Positions 13,573-26,555 of a DNA stretch of 49,347 nt are shown here, one piece after another. The position numbers and the translations under genes are program-made. The notes below the pieces were generated by a model, which worked only from the letters and a program-made list of their open reading frames with translations, was not told where the DNA came from and searched no databases. Where the stretch lies: the NCBI RefSeq assembly GCF_001194135.2, contig NC_068982.1, forward strand, positions 62,150,938 to 62,200,284, given 5' to 3'. Positions within the stretch are counted from its first letter, which is position 1; every line of letters starts with the position of its first letter. This DNA is from Octopus bimaculoides. Taxonomy: Eukaryota.

Positions 13573-16200
13573 GAAAGCGAGAGATCTTTCAACATCCATA
13601 TTTACCGTATGGAACTGATGTCATACATACGAACGTAGTGTGTATACAATTTGAAAATTATATAAAAACTCTATGTAAATGCAACTATGTTATATATTGT
13701 TACATTGTCTCGAATGCTATTAATTTTTAATACGAGATGGTTTGGTAGTTTTGCATATTCTCGTCAAAAATTATTATGCTTAGCTATATTTTAGAAAAAT
13801 CTTTAAATTGTAGGTTGAGACCGAATTTTCTGATTTTTCTGATTTTTCTAAGATATAATTAAACAACAAATAATTTTTTGATGAGAGAATGGAAAACCAC
13901 TAACCAGTCTATGTTAAAAGTTATTGATAATAGAGACAATGTGATAACACATATTAGACAATCAATATGTTAAAAGTTATTGACGAGAGAAACAATATGT
14001 GATAATACAGACAATCAATATATGTACTACGCAGTGTTGCTATCACTCACAAAGAACACCTAGGAGATACGTGCAGTGCACAGAGTAATTAAATCTTTCA
14101 ACGATGGATAACAAGAATTGAAGAAAACATCAATCAGCTATGCCATAGAACTGGATATTTATATTTCTTCATAAGGGGTAAGCTAAATAATAAGTTCAAA
14201 GCAGAACTACAACTAATGTAACTATGTATCAGCTAACTAAAATATACAGCAATTCTACTTATAAATTAATAATGCTTTAGCAGTGTTACTATGTTTATTC
14301 TGTAATGTACATAGTAGTTTCTATACTCCAAACTCTCGAGGAGAAATTTATAACTTCAAAACACTAATTCAAGACTTTGAGTGAAAAATTGTCACCGTGA
14401 AAAACTACTTGAACTACTTATTTTACATTGATATAATCGGACTAGGGCTCTAATCTTGGTTACTGTAGCCACAACGTTTCGTCCTAGCCCTTTTCAGGTG
14501 CCTGCCATATTCGGTAATGTTCTTGAAAATTGGAACCGACCTTTCTACTAAATCATTCGAGGTAGACTGTTCTCATTCGTTGTTATTTTTATGGGCACAA
14601 TAATGTTCACTATATAGAATCCTTAAATTTAAAAATTCCCAATCTCTACTACCTAATTGTCCTACGGGAGAATAAGATATAAACATTGATTAGGTTTTAA
14701 AATTGCAATAGATTAATTAACTAGTAGGCGTGAACTCAATCCCCAAGTCAGTGAAAATTTAAATACAATGGTTGAAGAGTAACAAAGCTAAATGTACCCC
14801 AAGTAATAGAATATGCTTGCTTCTAATCCTCAAAGATGGACAGAGAAAAGAAATATTTCCATATGTAGAGCCTTTCACGGGAATATCTTAAGTCATTTTA
14901 GTCTAAAGTCTGAAAAGAAAAGGCTCTCAGTCAAGACGAATAATGATTAAATACAGATGAAAAGAAGCACTGTATCACTATCGGCAGTAAAATTTACACA
15001 ACCGATTTTGAAAGTTTCACCTGAGCTGTAAAAAAGCTGTATTGTGAGAAGGAAGCAGAGAGAGAGATCTAATAGTTGGATACTAGTACAAGAATGCTGA
15101 CGTTCACCCGAAAGTCACTAAAATGCATATTTAAAAAAAAACTATGGAAGGTAAGATTGACATACGAAATTGGCTTGATATAACGCTAAGAGATCTTGTA
15201 ATCTAGAACAAAAAACACTAACATAGCAAGAACTTATTGCTTAATATATATTATACATAAATTCCACGACCAATGGAAATTCAGCAACTGATGAGCAAAC
15301 AGGTAGAAAGAAGGACGTATGGGAATACACCAAATAAGTTTCGATAAAGCTATGCTGTTTGAAATAAAATATATTGCAGAAAACTTGTGTTAGGATGGTT
15401 TAACTATAAACAGTTATTTGGTGCTATTCTCCATTCATGGCTGTTGGAGTTATTTCACTTGGTAAAAGCACCTGTTGCCATTGAAAGTCTTAGAAAGACC
15501 GCATGACCAATCTTCACATTTGTAAGTGATGCAGAACAATTATGTCCGAAATTACAAATACTCCGAAACGAATGTTCAAAGACAGACTCTTTGTCTCTAT
15601 TTTCGCTTATTTTGACAATCAATCCACGGTTGATTTTATTAAAACTCACGAGTTACGTGCTAAAGTCTACAACAGCAAGAAACACTAATGAAATCCCAAA
15701 TTTCTCAGTGGATGCCAAGGCTGAGAAAGTCCTGAATTAATAACATTTTCAGTTGATATAGGGAAAGGTTTGGCCCGCAGAACTGTTCGGTAACTGAACT
15801 CGGGGTAAAAAAAACTGCTTCCCAAATCACGCACCTTTACACCTGGCCTCTCTATTTCCTGCGTTTCACACAACGATGTAAGCAGAGGAACGAAAATATA
15901 TAAGACTAAACTTAAAGAAATATATTAAACAGAGCTTTATAACAAAATAATGGCTTTACAATGGCAGTATTGATACCAACATTTTGGATAATTGACTGAT
16001 CCAAGAAAAATATTTCCTTTGCAAGATTCTGCCATCAACGGAAGCTTCCACTAAAATAGTGATATTGACAGGTTCTGTCACAGAAGAAAAGATGAGGGAA
16101 GTAACATAAGATCACTGCAGGCAGTTTTTAAATGTCGTATGGCATTACTGACGAACATATGCTATAGTGATATGGGAAGATCGTTAAACAGTTAACTTTC
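13130..16200 (+). mobile_element. Old, near full-length but fragmented R4/Dong-type element
   Basis: Colinear decayed motifs by manual translation: SIGYMKPLKNYWDKVHP..KQLRQQ (~13170-13270), SVAITHKEHLGD and RWITRIEENI (~14030-14140), TDEQTGRKKDVW (~15290), WFNYKQLFGAILHSWLLE (~15395), DSLS (~15585), MAVLIPTF.IID (~15960), NGSFH*NSDIDR..RRKDEG (~16040). Confidence 0.65.
13483..13580. repeat. (GA)n microsatellite
   Basis: Direct reading. Confidence 0.95.
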
Positions 16201-17169
16201 CGGATAGGAGAGATAGATAGATAGAAATAGAGAGGGGAGGGGGAGAGAAGAGTACGAAGAGGAGAAAATAAGAGAATAAGTCATAGTTAAATATAGATAG
16301 ATTGAAAAATAGACTGACATTCAGAAAGATAAATGAATAGGTAAGTAACTAGTTATGCACATAGCTGGAGAGATAAATATGGAGGGAAATAGATAGATAG
16401 ATAGATAGATAAATATATGGATCGATATAAGTATAAGCAGGTAGGTTATAAGCAGATAAAGTTATAGATAGAGGAATTAAGAGCAGCAGGTAAAACAATG
16501 GATTTTACCTAAGACTGCCGTAAGAGTTATGGTATGGTGAAACTAGTAGTTGTAATGTAATCCGGATATCCAGCTACTAATAACAAAACTGATAGGTCGA
16601 TAGATAGATATATACATAGATATATGTAGTCCCCTCTCTCTCTCTCACACACACATACAAAGAGGGGGCAGAAAGATTAAAATTCAGAAAAATCTCTCAT
16701 GAAGCGTGGTATAATCAGCCAGCAACTTCTAAGCAGTAATTCCAGCTGTAAAAGAATAGTACAACCAGAAACCAGCGGTAGCAAACAATGAGAATGACAG
16801 TAATATTTTGTGGTGTTCACCTGCAATACCGTAAATAAGCTGATTCCGAAGAAGAATGGAGAAGGCGATGAAGAATGAGAAGGAGGGGAGAAAAAGAAGA
16901 AAAAAAAAAAGAAAAAAGAAAAGAAAGGAAAAGAAAAGAAAGAAGATGCAATATTGACTATACTAACAGCAGAAGAACGTATTACAAATTTCAAGTAATC
17001 AATAATTGGATAATGGGGAACAAAAAAAAAAAAAAAAANNNNNNNNNNAAAAAAAAAAAAAAAAAAAGTAATAATAAGCAAAAAATAAATAAATAAATAA
17101 ATAAATAAAAAGAAGCAAATTACGTTTGGAGGCTGGATTTAAACATACTGATTCAAATAACGTTGGCGA

Positions 17170-17174
17170 CAACT

Positions 17175-17208
<34 letters not shown>

Positions 17209-17459
17209 CGACGACGACGGCAACGAAGGTGGTGATGATGGCGAGGATAAATTTTATATATGCCTCTCATCCCTCAGGGGCCGCTGAAGTAAAATACCAG
17301 CTAAATACTGGAGTCGGTTTAATCAGCTAATTCCACCCCACAAAACTGCTGGCATTGTGCTAAAATTTGAAACCATCACCATCATCATCATCATCATCAT
17401 CATCATCATTATTATAAACATCATCCTCGTCTTCGTCATCATCACCGTCATCATCAATA

Positions 17460-17521
<62 letters not shown>

Positions 17522-17547
17522 TCACCACCACAATCACCACCACCACC

Positions 17548-17579
<32 letters not shown>

Positions 17580-17704
17580 NNNNNNNNNNNNNNNNNNNNN
17601 NNNNNNNNNNNNNNNNNNNNNNNNNNNNNNNNNNNNNNNNNNNNNNNNNNNNNNNNNNNNNNNNNNNNNNNNNNNNNNNNNNNNNNNNNNNNNNNNCATC
17701 AATA

Positions 17705-17760
<56 letters not shown>

Positions 17761-17795
17761 GCTGTTGTTATTGTAGTCGCGAAGAGGATAATGAA

Positions 17796-17826
<31 letters not shown>

Positions 17827-18103
17827 CGACAGTGACGATAAAATTATGATGTATTATATTTGTTTCTTTCTCAAGGGCATAAGTAATGTAAGGGAAGTAA
17901 AATGGCTGCGATAAGGAATGGAAAATTGGAGCAACAACGGCAAGAACGACAACAACAACAACAACAACAAGAACAAAAGCAACGGAAAACAACGTCTTCC
18001 ATCACCAACATCCCCCACCGTAGCCATCACCTAACAGCAGCAACAATGGCAATGAATACGGCAATGGATAACATTGATAATGATAATGATGGTGATGATA
18101 ATG

Positions 18104-18135
<32 letters not shown>

Positions 18136-18145
18136 GATGATAGTG

Positions 18146-18237
<92 letters not shown>

Positions 18238-18359
18238 GATGATGATGGTGATGATGGTGATGATGATGATGATGATGATGATGATGGTGATGATGGTGAT
18301 GATGTAGGTGATGATGATGATGATGGTGATGATGNNNNNNNNNNATGATGATGATGGTG

Positions 18360-18422
<63 letters not shown>

Positions 18423-18434
18423 GTGATGATGGTG

Positions 18435-18499
<65 letters not shown>

Positions 18500-18530
18500 G
18501 ATGATGATGATGATTATGATGATGTAGGTG
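17170..18530. repeat. Patchwork of triplet microsatellites (GAT, CAT, TAC, CAC, CAA) with two N gaps
   Basis: Direct reading; poly-D/M/H/S ORFs are its by-products. Confidence 0.95.
17243..17373 (+). mobile_element. SINE family A, 3' half with (ATC)n tail
   Basis: ...ctgctggcattgtgctaaaatttgaaacc then ATC repeats; matches the 3' end of the other family A copies. Confidence 0.7.
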
Positions 18531-19099
18531 GTAACATGGAGAAGAAAAGAATACTGTTAGCGGCGGTGGTGAAGAAATAAAATAAAAAAAAAAACAAATA
18601 AGAAGATTAGTCATTTTTTGTTTTTTGATTTCCTTTGTCTTGTGTTTGCATCTTACCGATTTTAGGGTTGTTTGGTCTGTCTTTCTGTCTGTCTGTCCCA
18701 CATTAAGAGATATCAGATTTAGATACAAAACAAAGAGACAAGCGTCGTGCCCTATTTTGTAGTTTAACGATTACTTACGGAGACATAAAATTTCATTTAC
18801 TCGGTAAACTGTGGTGGTAGGATAATTGTAGCGGCAATGTTGGGGGGGGGGGAGATGATAGTGGTAGCGAGAGTGGTGACGGAGAAATGGAACGGTTTTT
18901 TTTTTCTTAAGAAATTAAAATTAAATTGTCGACTCAGATCACCCCACCCAGGCCTACCTCCACAAAACTCACTTCTGCAGCACAACACTCTGTCTATTGC
19001 AGACTATTAGATACAGAGCTGTATTTTTTTAATGATATAATCAGAAGACAAAAGGTAGCGCCTATGACCTTCTTGGCCTTAACGTACCGCACTAATGAC

Positions 19100-19655
19100 T
19101 CTTAAAGCCAAACTGGTGGCATTAAACCAAGATCACATCTTCATTATAGAACAGCCTCGGTCCAACCAAAGAGCGTTCACGCAGTTTCTGTCTTCTAAAT
19201 TTCGCTCACAAGGCTTTGATGGACAGTAGGCAATAGTAGAAGATAATTGCCTAAAGTCGATATGAACCGACCAAAGTTTACTTCTCAACTACAACTGATT
19301 TACAAAGTCTTTCATTGTTTAGCTAATGGTGTGTAAGGAGAATAAATAGTTTTTTTGGCGAATGAAAATGTCCTTATTTCTGTTAGTATGTAACCTTACT
19401 TAGCCGTCAATGTTTCCATGATCTCCAACCAACAAAACCAGCCAAATAGTAAGCAACTCTATATGGTTGTTTTATTTGCTGGAAATAGCAAACAAATCAC
19501 ACATAAATCACATCCCACCGTCTTTATGAAGTAGGGCACATTGAATAACGTTGTCCATGACGCCCTATATTTCAATAAAAATGAGATGGTCATAGGGCTG
19601 CTGGATCAGGGCTCACTTAGATTAATCAACAACAACAACAAAAACAACAACAAAG
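19100..19655. mobile_element. Degenerate SINE pieces (family-B-like piece ~19100-19270; tail piece ending in (CAA)n ~19440-19655)
   Basis: ctcacaaggctttgatggacagtaggcaatagtagaaga resembles family B; the second piece is recognised only from recalled octopus repeats. Confidence 0.35.
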
Positions 19656-20856
19656 TAGTTGGTTGATGTTTTTTTTTTATTCATTTATATGTTTCAACCA
19701 GTTTATAATAAAAAGCTTTACATAAATCATTCAATTTTGCAAATTTACTCAACTAATTTTTGCCGTCACAGATCAGTACTAGTTTCCACAAACTTTAGTA
19801 TTACTCTACACTAACTTTTCTTTATTGTTCTATCGAATATAAGTATAATCATTTTACCGACACTACATGTATAAACGGATGTAAATATCTTGCCGTCATA
19901 GATAATATCTTCAGTGGACAGAAAAGCGTGAATAAACTAAGCTAGTATGAATCCATATTGATATTTTCATCAGCAATTGTGAGCCCTCTTTAAGTATTCA
20001 AGAGAACACTGCTTATAAGCTTAAGCGCACTATGATCGAGAGCTTAAGCAGACGAATAAACTAATTTGCATACGTAACTCTTTTTTTGAAGCTGCTTTAG
20101 TTAATGAACTNNNNNNNNNNNNNNNNNNNNNNNNNNNNNNNNNNNNNNNNNNNNNNNNNNNNNNNNNNNNNNNNNNNNNNNNNNNNNNNNNNNNNNNNNN
20201 NNNNNNNNNNNNNNNNNNNNNNNNNNNNNNNNNNNNNNNNNNNNNNNNNNNNNNNNNNNNNNNNNNNNNNNNNNNNNNNNNNNNNNNNNNNNNNNNNNNN
20301 NNNNNNNNNNNNNNNNNNNNNNNNNNNNNNNNNNNNNNNNNNNNNNNNNNNNNNNNNNNNNNNNNNNNNNNNNNNNNNNNNNNNNNNNNNNNNNNNNNNN
20401 NNNNNNNNNNNNNNNNNNNNNNNNNNNNNNNNNNNNNNNNNNNNNNNNNNNNNNNNNNNNNNNNNNNNNNNNNNNNNNNNNNNNNNNNNNNNNNNNNNNN
20501 NNNNNNNNNNNNNNNNNNNNNNNNNNNNNNNNNNNNNNNNNNNNNNNNNNNNNNNNNNNNNNNNNNNNNNNNNNNNNNNNNNNNNNNNNNNNNNNNNNNN
20601 NNNNNNNNNNNNNNNNNNNNNNNNNNNNNNNNNNNNNNNNNNNNNNNNNNNNNNNNNNNNNNNNNNNNNNNNNNNNNNNNNNNNNNNNNNNNNNNNNNNN
20701 NNNNNNNNNNNNNNNNNNNNNNNNNNNNNNNNNNNNNNNNNNNNNNNNNNNNNNNNNNNNNNNNNNNNNNNNNNNNNTATATATATGGTATACATATATA
20801 TATGTATATGTATATAAATGGTACACACACACACACATATACATATATATATGTAC

Positions 20857-21072
20857 AAGGCACAGTCGTGGATGTGTGGTAAGTAGCTTGCTTGACAACC
20901 GGTGGTGTGCATTTACGTCCCCGTAACTTAGCGTTTCGGCAAAAGAACTAGATAGAATAAGTACTAGGCTTTAAAAAATGGTCTGGGGTCGATTTATTCG
21001 GCTAAAACCCTTAAAAACGGTGCTCCAGCCGCCTGGTCGCAGTCAAATGACTGGAGCAAGTAAAAGAATAAA
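20857..21072 (+). mobile_element. tRNA-derived SINE family B, internally deleted
   Basis: Head ggatgtgtggtaagtagcttgctt fused directly to body gacaaccgg...gtaacttagcg...gcagtcaaatgactg. Confidence 0.85.
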
Positions 21073-21091
21073 GGAATATATATATAATTTT

Positions 21092-21475
21092 TTACTCTTT
21101 TGCTTGTTTCAGTTTTTTGACTGTGGCCATGCTGGAGCACCGCCTTTAGTCGAGCAAATCGACCCCAGGACTTGTTCTTTGGAAGCCTAGTACTTATTCT
21201 ATCGGTCTCCTTGGCCGAACCGCTAAGTTACGAGGATGTAAACACACCAGCATCGGTTGTCAAGCGATGTTGGGGGGACAAACACAGACACACAAACACA
21301 CACAATATATATATACATATATACGACGGGCTTCTTTCAGTTTCCGTCTACCAAATCCACTCACAAGGCTTTAGTCGGCCCGAAGCTATAGTAGAAGACA
21401 CTTGCCCAAGATGCCACGCAGTGGGACTGAACCCAGAACCATGTGGTTGGTAAGCAAGCTACTTACCACACAGCC
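21092..21475 (-). mobile_element. SINE family B, near full length
   Basis: Minus strand: GGCTGTGTGGTAAGTAGC (A box), GGTTCAGTCCC (B box), CTTGGGCAAGTGTCTT central block, internal CA/TA tract; matches 33002-33400. Confidence 0.9.
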
Positions 21476-23449
21476 AGGTGGCTATTCTCAACCGATAGGC
21501 AACAACTACAGTCGTCACTAAAGTGAAGACTGTAGTTGTTGCCTATCGGTTCTAAATTGCAAATAGCCACCTTAATAATTTATGATTCTCACTTCACCAT
21601 TTTCGAAGTCAGTCGATGTTTCCTATGGTGTTCTCTATAAGACAGACAAGGTGAGTTAGGTTCTTTAACCCTCGGCGATGTAGTAATGGGCCACTGATGA
21701 AGATTGATTAAATCTGAAATCAGCGCTGTTATGACTCCACCTCGCTTGTCGTATGGAGCTTGTCTCCCTTGTCAGCCGCTAGAAAAGTGCTCTCACGTGG
21801 CGAAGAGTTGTTTTTTTACTTTTATTTCTAGTAATGCTGGTGCTCATTAGCATCCTCCGTCACTTTATTGACGACTGTACTTGTTGCCTATATGCAGGCG
21901 CACGCGCACACACACAATCTACTCATGAAGATGCTGAAAAGACAGAGCTTACATCTGTCTATACAGTGTTGGGTAAGAGCCTATAGATATATACTACAGT
22001 GTTTGCAGCAAGAAGTCACTATTTTAAGAACAGTTTGGAATTTGTCAAATGAAAATTTTGCTACTAGATTGACCAAGCTGAGTGATTATAATGTAACACA
22101 TTAGTTAGACCATGTTACCCCGATCAGTTTGAGAGATCATTTAGTAGTTGCCTTTTTTCGATCTTTTTACATTGATTGGATTTAGAGCTGCAGATGAATT
22201 TGTTTTGGATAATGCTATTTTTTTTAGATCGATGATTGTGCATGCGCTCTTCTGTTGGATCATGTTACATTGCTTAGGTTGTGCAATTAAACTGAATCAA
22301 GCCGAACAGGTTTAAGCCAACAAGGATAATTAAGAATATCTCAAGAGAAGTATATGTTTCAGATACTGAACGCACATCCTCAATAACCAAAACTGCATCA
22401 CGAAAAACTGACTTTTCTCTTCAGTTAGAAAATACAAGAAAAGAACTTCATCTGCTAACCATATCACTAACTCTCAACAATTCTCAAGTGAGAGTCACAA
22501 AAAAGTGCTGTTCTTTTATCTGGAATGAAGAAGTTTTGCATATATAAACCTAGACAGTATCCAAAGAGAGGCCACTTAACCGTTTAGCATAAAAATGCTC
22601 ACCAACAAACTCCAACCTTTTGTATATCCTCTTTCTACCTTTCCTTTTTACCCATACTACTTTCACTTTTTATCTATCCAGTCTGATTGGTCTCGTGTCA
22701 CCACCACACAGACTCACTCGCTCATACATTTCTCCTCATCTTGCCATCCATACTGTGCTCCTCTTTAGGCCTAACCATAACCACTACAGCTACTCATTTC
22801 TCTCCAGAAAGTTGACACTCTAAAACCATTTCTCTGTATATGTTTCTCCTGCAGCCATCGGCTTGTAACTTTGTAAGGATGTTAATGACATCCCTCTTAG
22901 CGTCCTCATGAATTCTATGAAAGCTATGAGCACATCTCAATTACACGGTCTTTGGATTGAACCTGAAACCACGAGGTATTTACATATATGTATGAGTGAT
23001 TACGTGTGTGTGTGTGTGTGTGTGCGTGCGTAATTCCTGGGTCAAATGCAAATATCAGCTTGGTGCCTGATATGAATAAGACCACCGAAAACTGCAACAT
23101 GAAAGGGGTCCAAAGGAACAGACACCGCATCGTCCGTTGGGTGGGTTAACAAGCGGCGCGTTCGGATCTTAGGTGTTAGTGATAGGTCTGTTCGAAAAAT
23201 ATATTGCAATTTCTACCCATTTACCACGGGCCTTTAGTTGGCTTCCCATTCACCTTACTCTGATTTTGCTTTATTCATTTATTTGTGCGAATTTACCGCA
23301 TAATTTTGTGAAGACTCAGAACACCAGTGGTTCCGTCCTCTGTGCTACAAATTTAGAAATATAAGACAAGAGTACTCCCCCGGGAATGTTTGAGCTGTAT
23401 ACATATAAGCATGCTGCAATCGTCCTCCAATATGAGACATTTCATGGAT

Positions 23450-23900
23450 AACAAGAATATATTTTGAAAGTAATGCAACCAATAACTATGCCGGTGAGAT
23501 TATCCCTGGAGTCTCAGCCATACAGAGCTTCAACATCCTACAGTTTCTGGACATTATGTTTCAGTATCATATGAATGTTTCCAATTTCCCTCAACAGTAG
23601 GCTATTACTCCTTGTTATAAACCGTCATTAATTTCTGGTTCGTATGAGTTGTTCTCAATGAATAGTGCTGATGTTCATGAAATCTTTTTCTATAAAGAAA
23701 TCACTTGATGAGACGAGCTTTCATATTGAAATAAATCGCCTTTCCCAGCATTTCTGTGCCAGGTGTAACAAATTTCTAACAGACGTGTAGTGTATTCTTT
23801 AGACACCTCCGGTGAAATCTCTCGAATATTTTGGTGTGACGTGGAAACAGGATCCATGTTTCAGATGAGTATAGCGAATATGTAATAGAGACAAAGCTGT
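23450..23900 (-). mobile_element. RTE-clade LINE fragment (post-RT C-terminal region)
   Basis: SLYSSETWILFPRHTKIFERFHRRCLKNTL resembles the RTE LLYGSETW...RH...LERFH.RCL motif; then EMLGKA...KARLIK. Confidence 0.6.
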
Positions 23901-24250
23901 CAATATATATATATNNNNNNNNNNNNNNNNNNNNNNNNNNNNNNNNNNNNNNNNNNNNNNNNNNNNNNNNNNNNNNNNNNNNNNNNNNNNNNNNNNNNNN
24001 NNNNNNNNNNNNNNNNNNNNNNNNNNNNNNNNNNNNNNNNNNNNNNNNNNNNNNNNNNNNNNNNNNNNNNNNNNNNNNNNNNNNNNNNNNNNNNNNNNNN
24101 NNNNNNNNNNNNNNNNNNNNNNNNNNNNNNNNNNNNNNNNNNNNNNNNNNNNNNNNNNNNNNNNNNNNNNNNNNNNNNNNNNNNNNNNNNNNNNNNNNNN
24201 NNNNNNNNNNNNNNNNNNNNNNNNNNNNNNNNNNNNNNNNNNNNNNNNNN

Positions 24251-24285
<35 letters not shown>

Positions 24286-24305
24286 CATACATATATACAT
24301 ACATA

Positions 24306-25189
24306 CTGGGTGCAAAGAGTAAATTGTCGCCATTTTATAGTTTTAATTTCACGCATGCGCGTTGTTTGTTTTTGATTTAGTTGACTACATAGTATACTAT
24401 ACTATGTAGTCAGCTGGGCACAATTTGTGAGAAAAACAGCACCATGATGCAAATCTGTCTGCCAGAAATTTGGAAACGACATGCTGTACTGCTTGGCATT
24501 CGAGTCCGAAGCCCCAATACGAACATTTCAGAGTGTTTGGGTGTCAATCTGAGGACAGTGCAATCTGAGGTCATGTATCGAGAGTGATAAAAATCAAACA
24601 TCCTGTCAACATCATGGTGCTTGGAGTGATCACTAATGATGGCGATGTTATGCCTCCATTCATCTTCCCACACGGCCTGGCCTCACACTCAACACGATGG
24701 CGTACATCAAGTGCCTGAAGGAGGTAGTGCTGCCCTGGGTCATGAAGGTGGCTCATGGAAACCCTATTTCTGGCAACAGGACTCTGTACTGTGCCACACA
24801 AGCAAGAGACCCAGTCATGGTTGTCAGACAATTTCTGCAACCACATTACTCCTAACATCTGACCACCTAAATCTCCAGATTACAACCTCCTTGATTATTG
24901 TGTGTGAGGCGTAACTGAGCGAGAGACAACAAAACTTGTAACACCAAAGATGAACTAAAGGCAAAGATTATGGCAGCATTCACCAACTTAAACAAGGAGA
25001 CTGCCCAGAAGAGTAGCAGGAGATTCCGAAGTTGTCTGGAGGCCATGGTTGAAGCCAACAGCGATTTTATTGAATAAGTTTGCTCTTTGTTATTCCAAAA
25101 TATTTTTATGTAATTTTGTTCAATATATCTGTTAAAATGAGTTGCCCGTGTTATTTTCATTTAGACGACAGTTTATTCACTGCACTTTG
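24306..25189 (+). mobile_element. DD37D (maT-type) Tc1/mariner relic, internally deleted
   Basis: Imperfect 28-bp TIRs with TA at 24304-24305 and 25190-25191; KHPVNIMVLGVITNDGDVMPPFIF, WQQDS..HTS, PPKSPDYNLLDY; 37 residues between 2nd and 3rd Asp after repairing one frameshift; DNA-binding to first-Asp region deleted near 24567. Confidence 0.85.
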
Positions 25190-25509
25190 TATATAAACAA
25201 TGATAAAAAAAAAAAAGCAAATAAATCGACAGCAGTATGTGGAGTCACGTGGAGAAGTATATTTGGTTTCCTAACGCAACAAGTCCTAAAATTCAATTGT
25301 AGCCATGGCGATTTGAAATCTCGTTTCAAGAAAAATTCGACCAGAAAAGGTGAAGTCGAATGTGCATATAGGTCGTGAGAAAAGCAGCTGCAATAATTTT
25401 GTTTTTAATTAAATAAAAAGAAAATAGATAGTTTGTAGAAGGATAGGAAACAATAGAATTGAGAGAAATGGAAGAAAATAATATACACGTACACACATAT
25501 GATTTCATA

Positions 25510-25555
<46 letters not shown>

Positions 25556-25904
25556 NNNNNNNNNNNNNNNNNNNNNNNNNNNNNNNNNNNNNNNNNNNNN
25601 NNNNNNNNNNNNNNNNNNNNNNNNNNNNNNNNNNNNNNNNNNNNNNNNNNNNNNNNNNNNNNNNNNNNNNNNNNNNNNNNNNNNNNNNNNNNNNNNNNNN
25701 NNNNNNNNNNNNNNNNNNNNNNNNNNNNNNNNNNNNNNNNNNNNNNNNNNNNNNNNNNNNNNNNNNNNNNNNNNNNNNNNNNNNNNNNNNNNNNNNNNNN
25801 NNNNNNNNNNNNNNNNTATATATACATATATATATATATATCAATAATATATATATGCATATATACACACACATATGTACATACCTATGTATGTATATAG
25901 GTAT

Positions 25905-26325
25905 GCGTATATGGGTACAGGACGTCACAACACGTAAACAACATGAAATACGAAAATAACGTTGGGTACGCAGAGAATGAGAGAAACAAATGGAAAACAA
26001 GACGAGTAACATGAAAAAGCGATCCTTCATCAAATGTCGGCTGTCCTTCTACGACTTATTTCGAGCAATGAACGACAAGATAAGACTTTGAAGGCAGTTG
26101 CTCCTGCAAACCAAAATAAAATTTGGGATTTGCGGAGGGTCAAAGTTGGTAACAAAAACAGGACATACAACAAACCAAACCAAACGAATTCAAACAGGGA
26201 TGGCTGTTAGGTTCAGACTAGGTAAGGTGGTGAACGCTGGAAAAAGATGCTTTGATAAGAGAGAAGATAGGAGAGGAGACATAGGAACGCGTCTGGACTG
26301 CACAACAGACTGTCAGAAAAGAATG
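25905..26325. repeat. Unclassified interspersed repeat flanked by TA-rich tracts
   Basis: Higher-GC block between (TA)n tracts; resembles a recalled octopus repeat; no second copy in the window. Confidence 0.35.
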
Positions 26326-26377
26326 ATATATGTATATATACATTATATATTTATATCATATATAATATACATTTATA

Positions 26378-26448
<71 letters not shown>

Positions 26449-26484
26449 NNNNNNNNNNNNNNNNNNNNNNNNNNNNNNNNNNAG

Positions 26485-26555
<71 letters not shown>

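Noticed and set aside
17902-18728. Long poly-D/M/H/S ORFs
   Set aside because: Translations of (GAT)n microsatellite across N gaps; no complex domain
22600-22930. Possible RTE-like 3' fragment on the minus strand
   Set aside because: Similarity too weak by eye
23110-23150. GGGTTAA as a piggyBac end (also ~10897)
   Set aside because: No matching opposite terminus found
26010-26075. Minus-strand GCTCGAAA...TTGATGAAG as a permuted hammerhead
   Set aside because: Stem II partners do not pair
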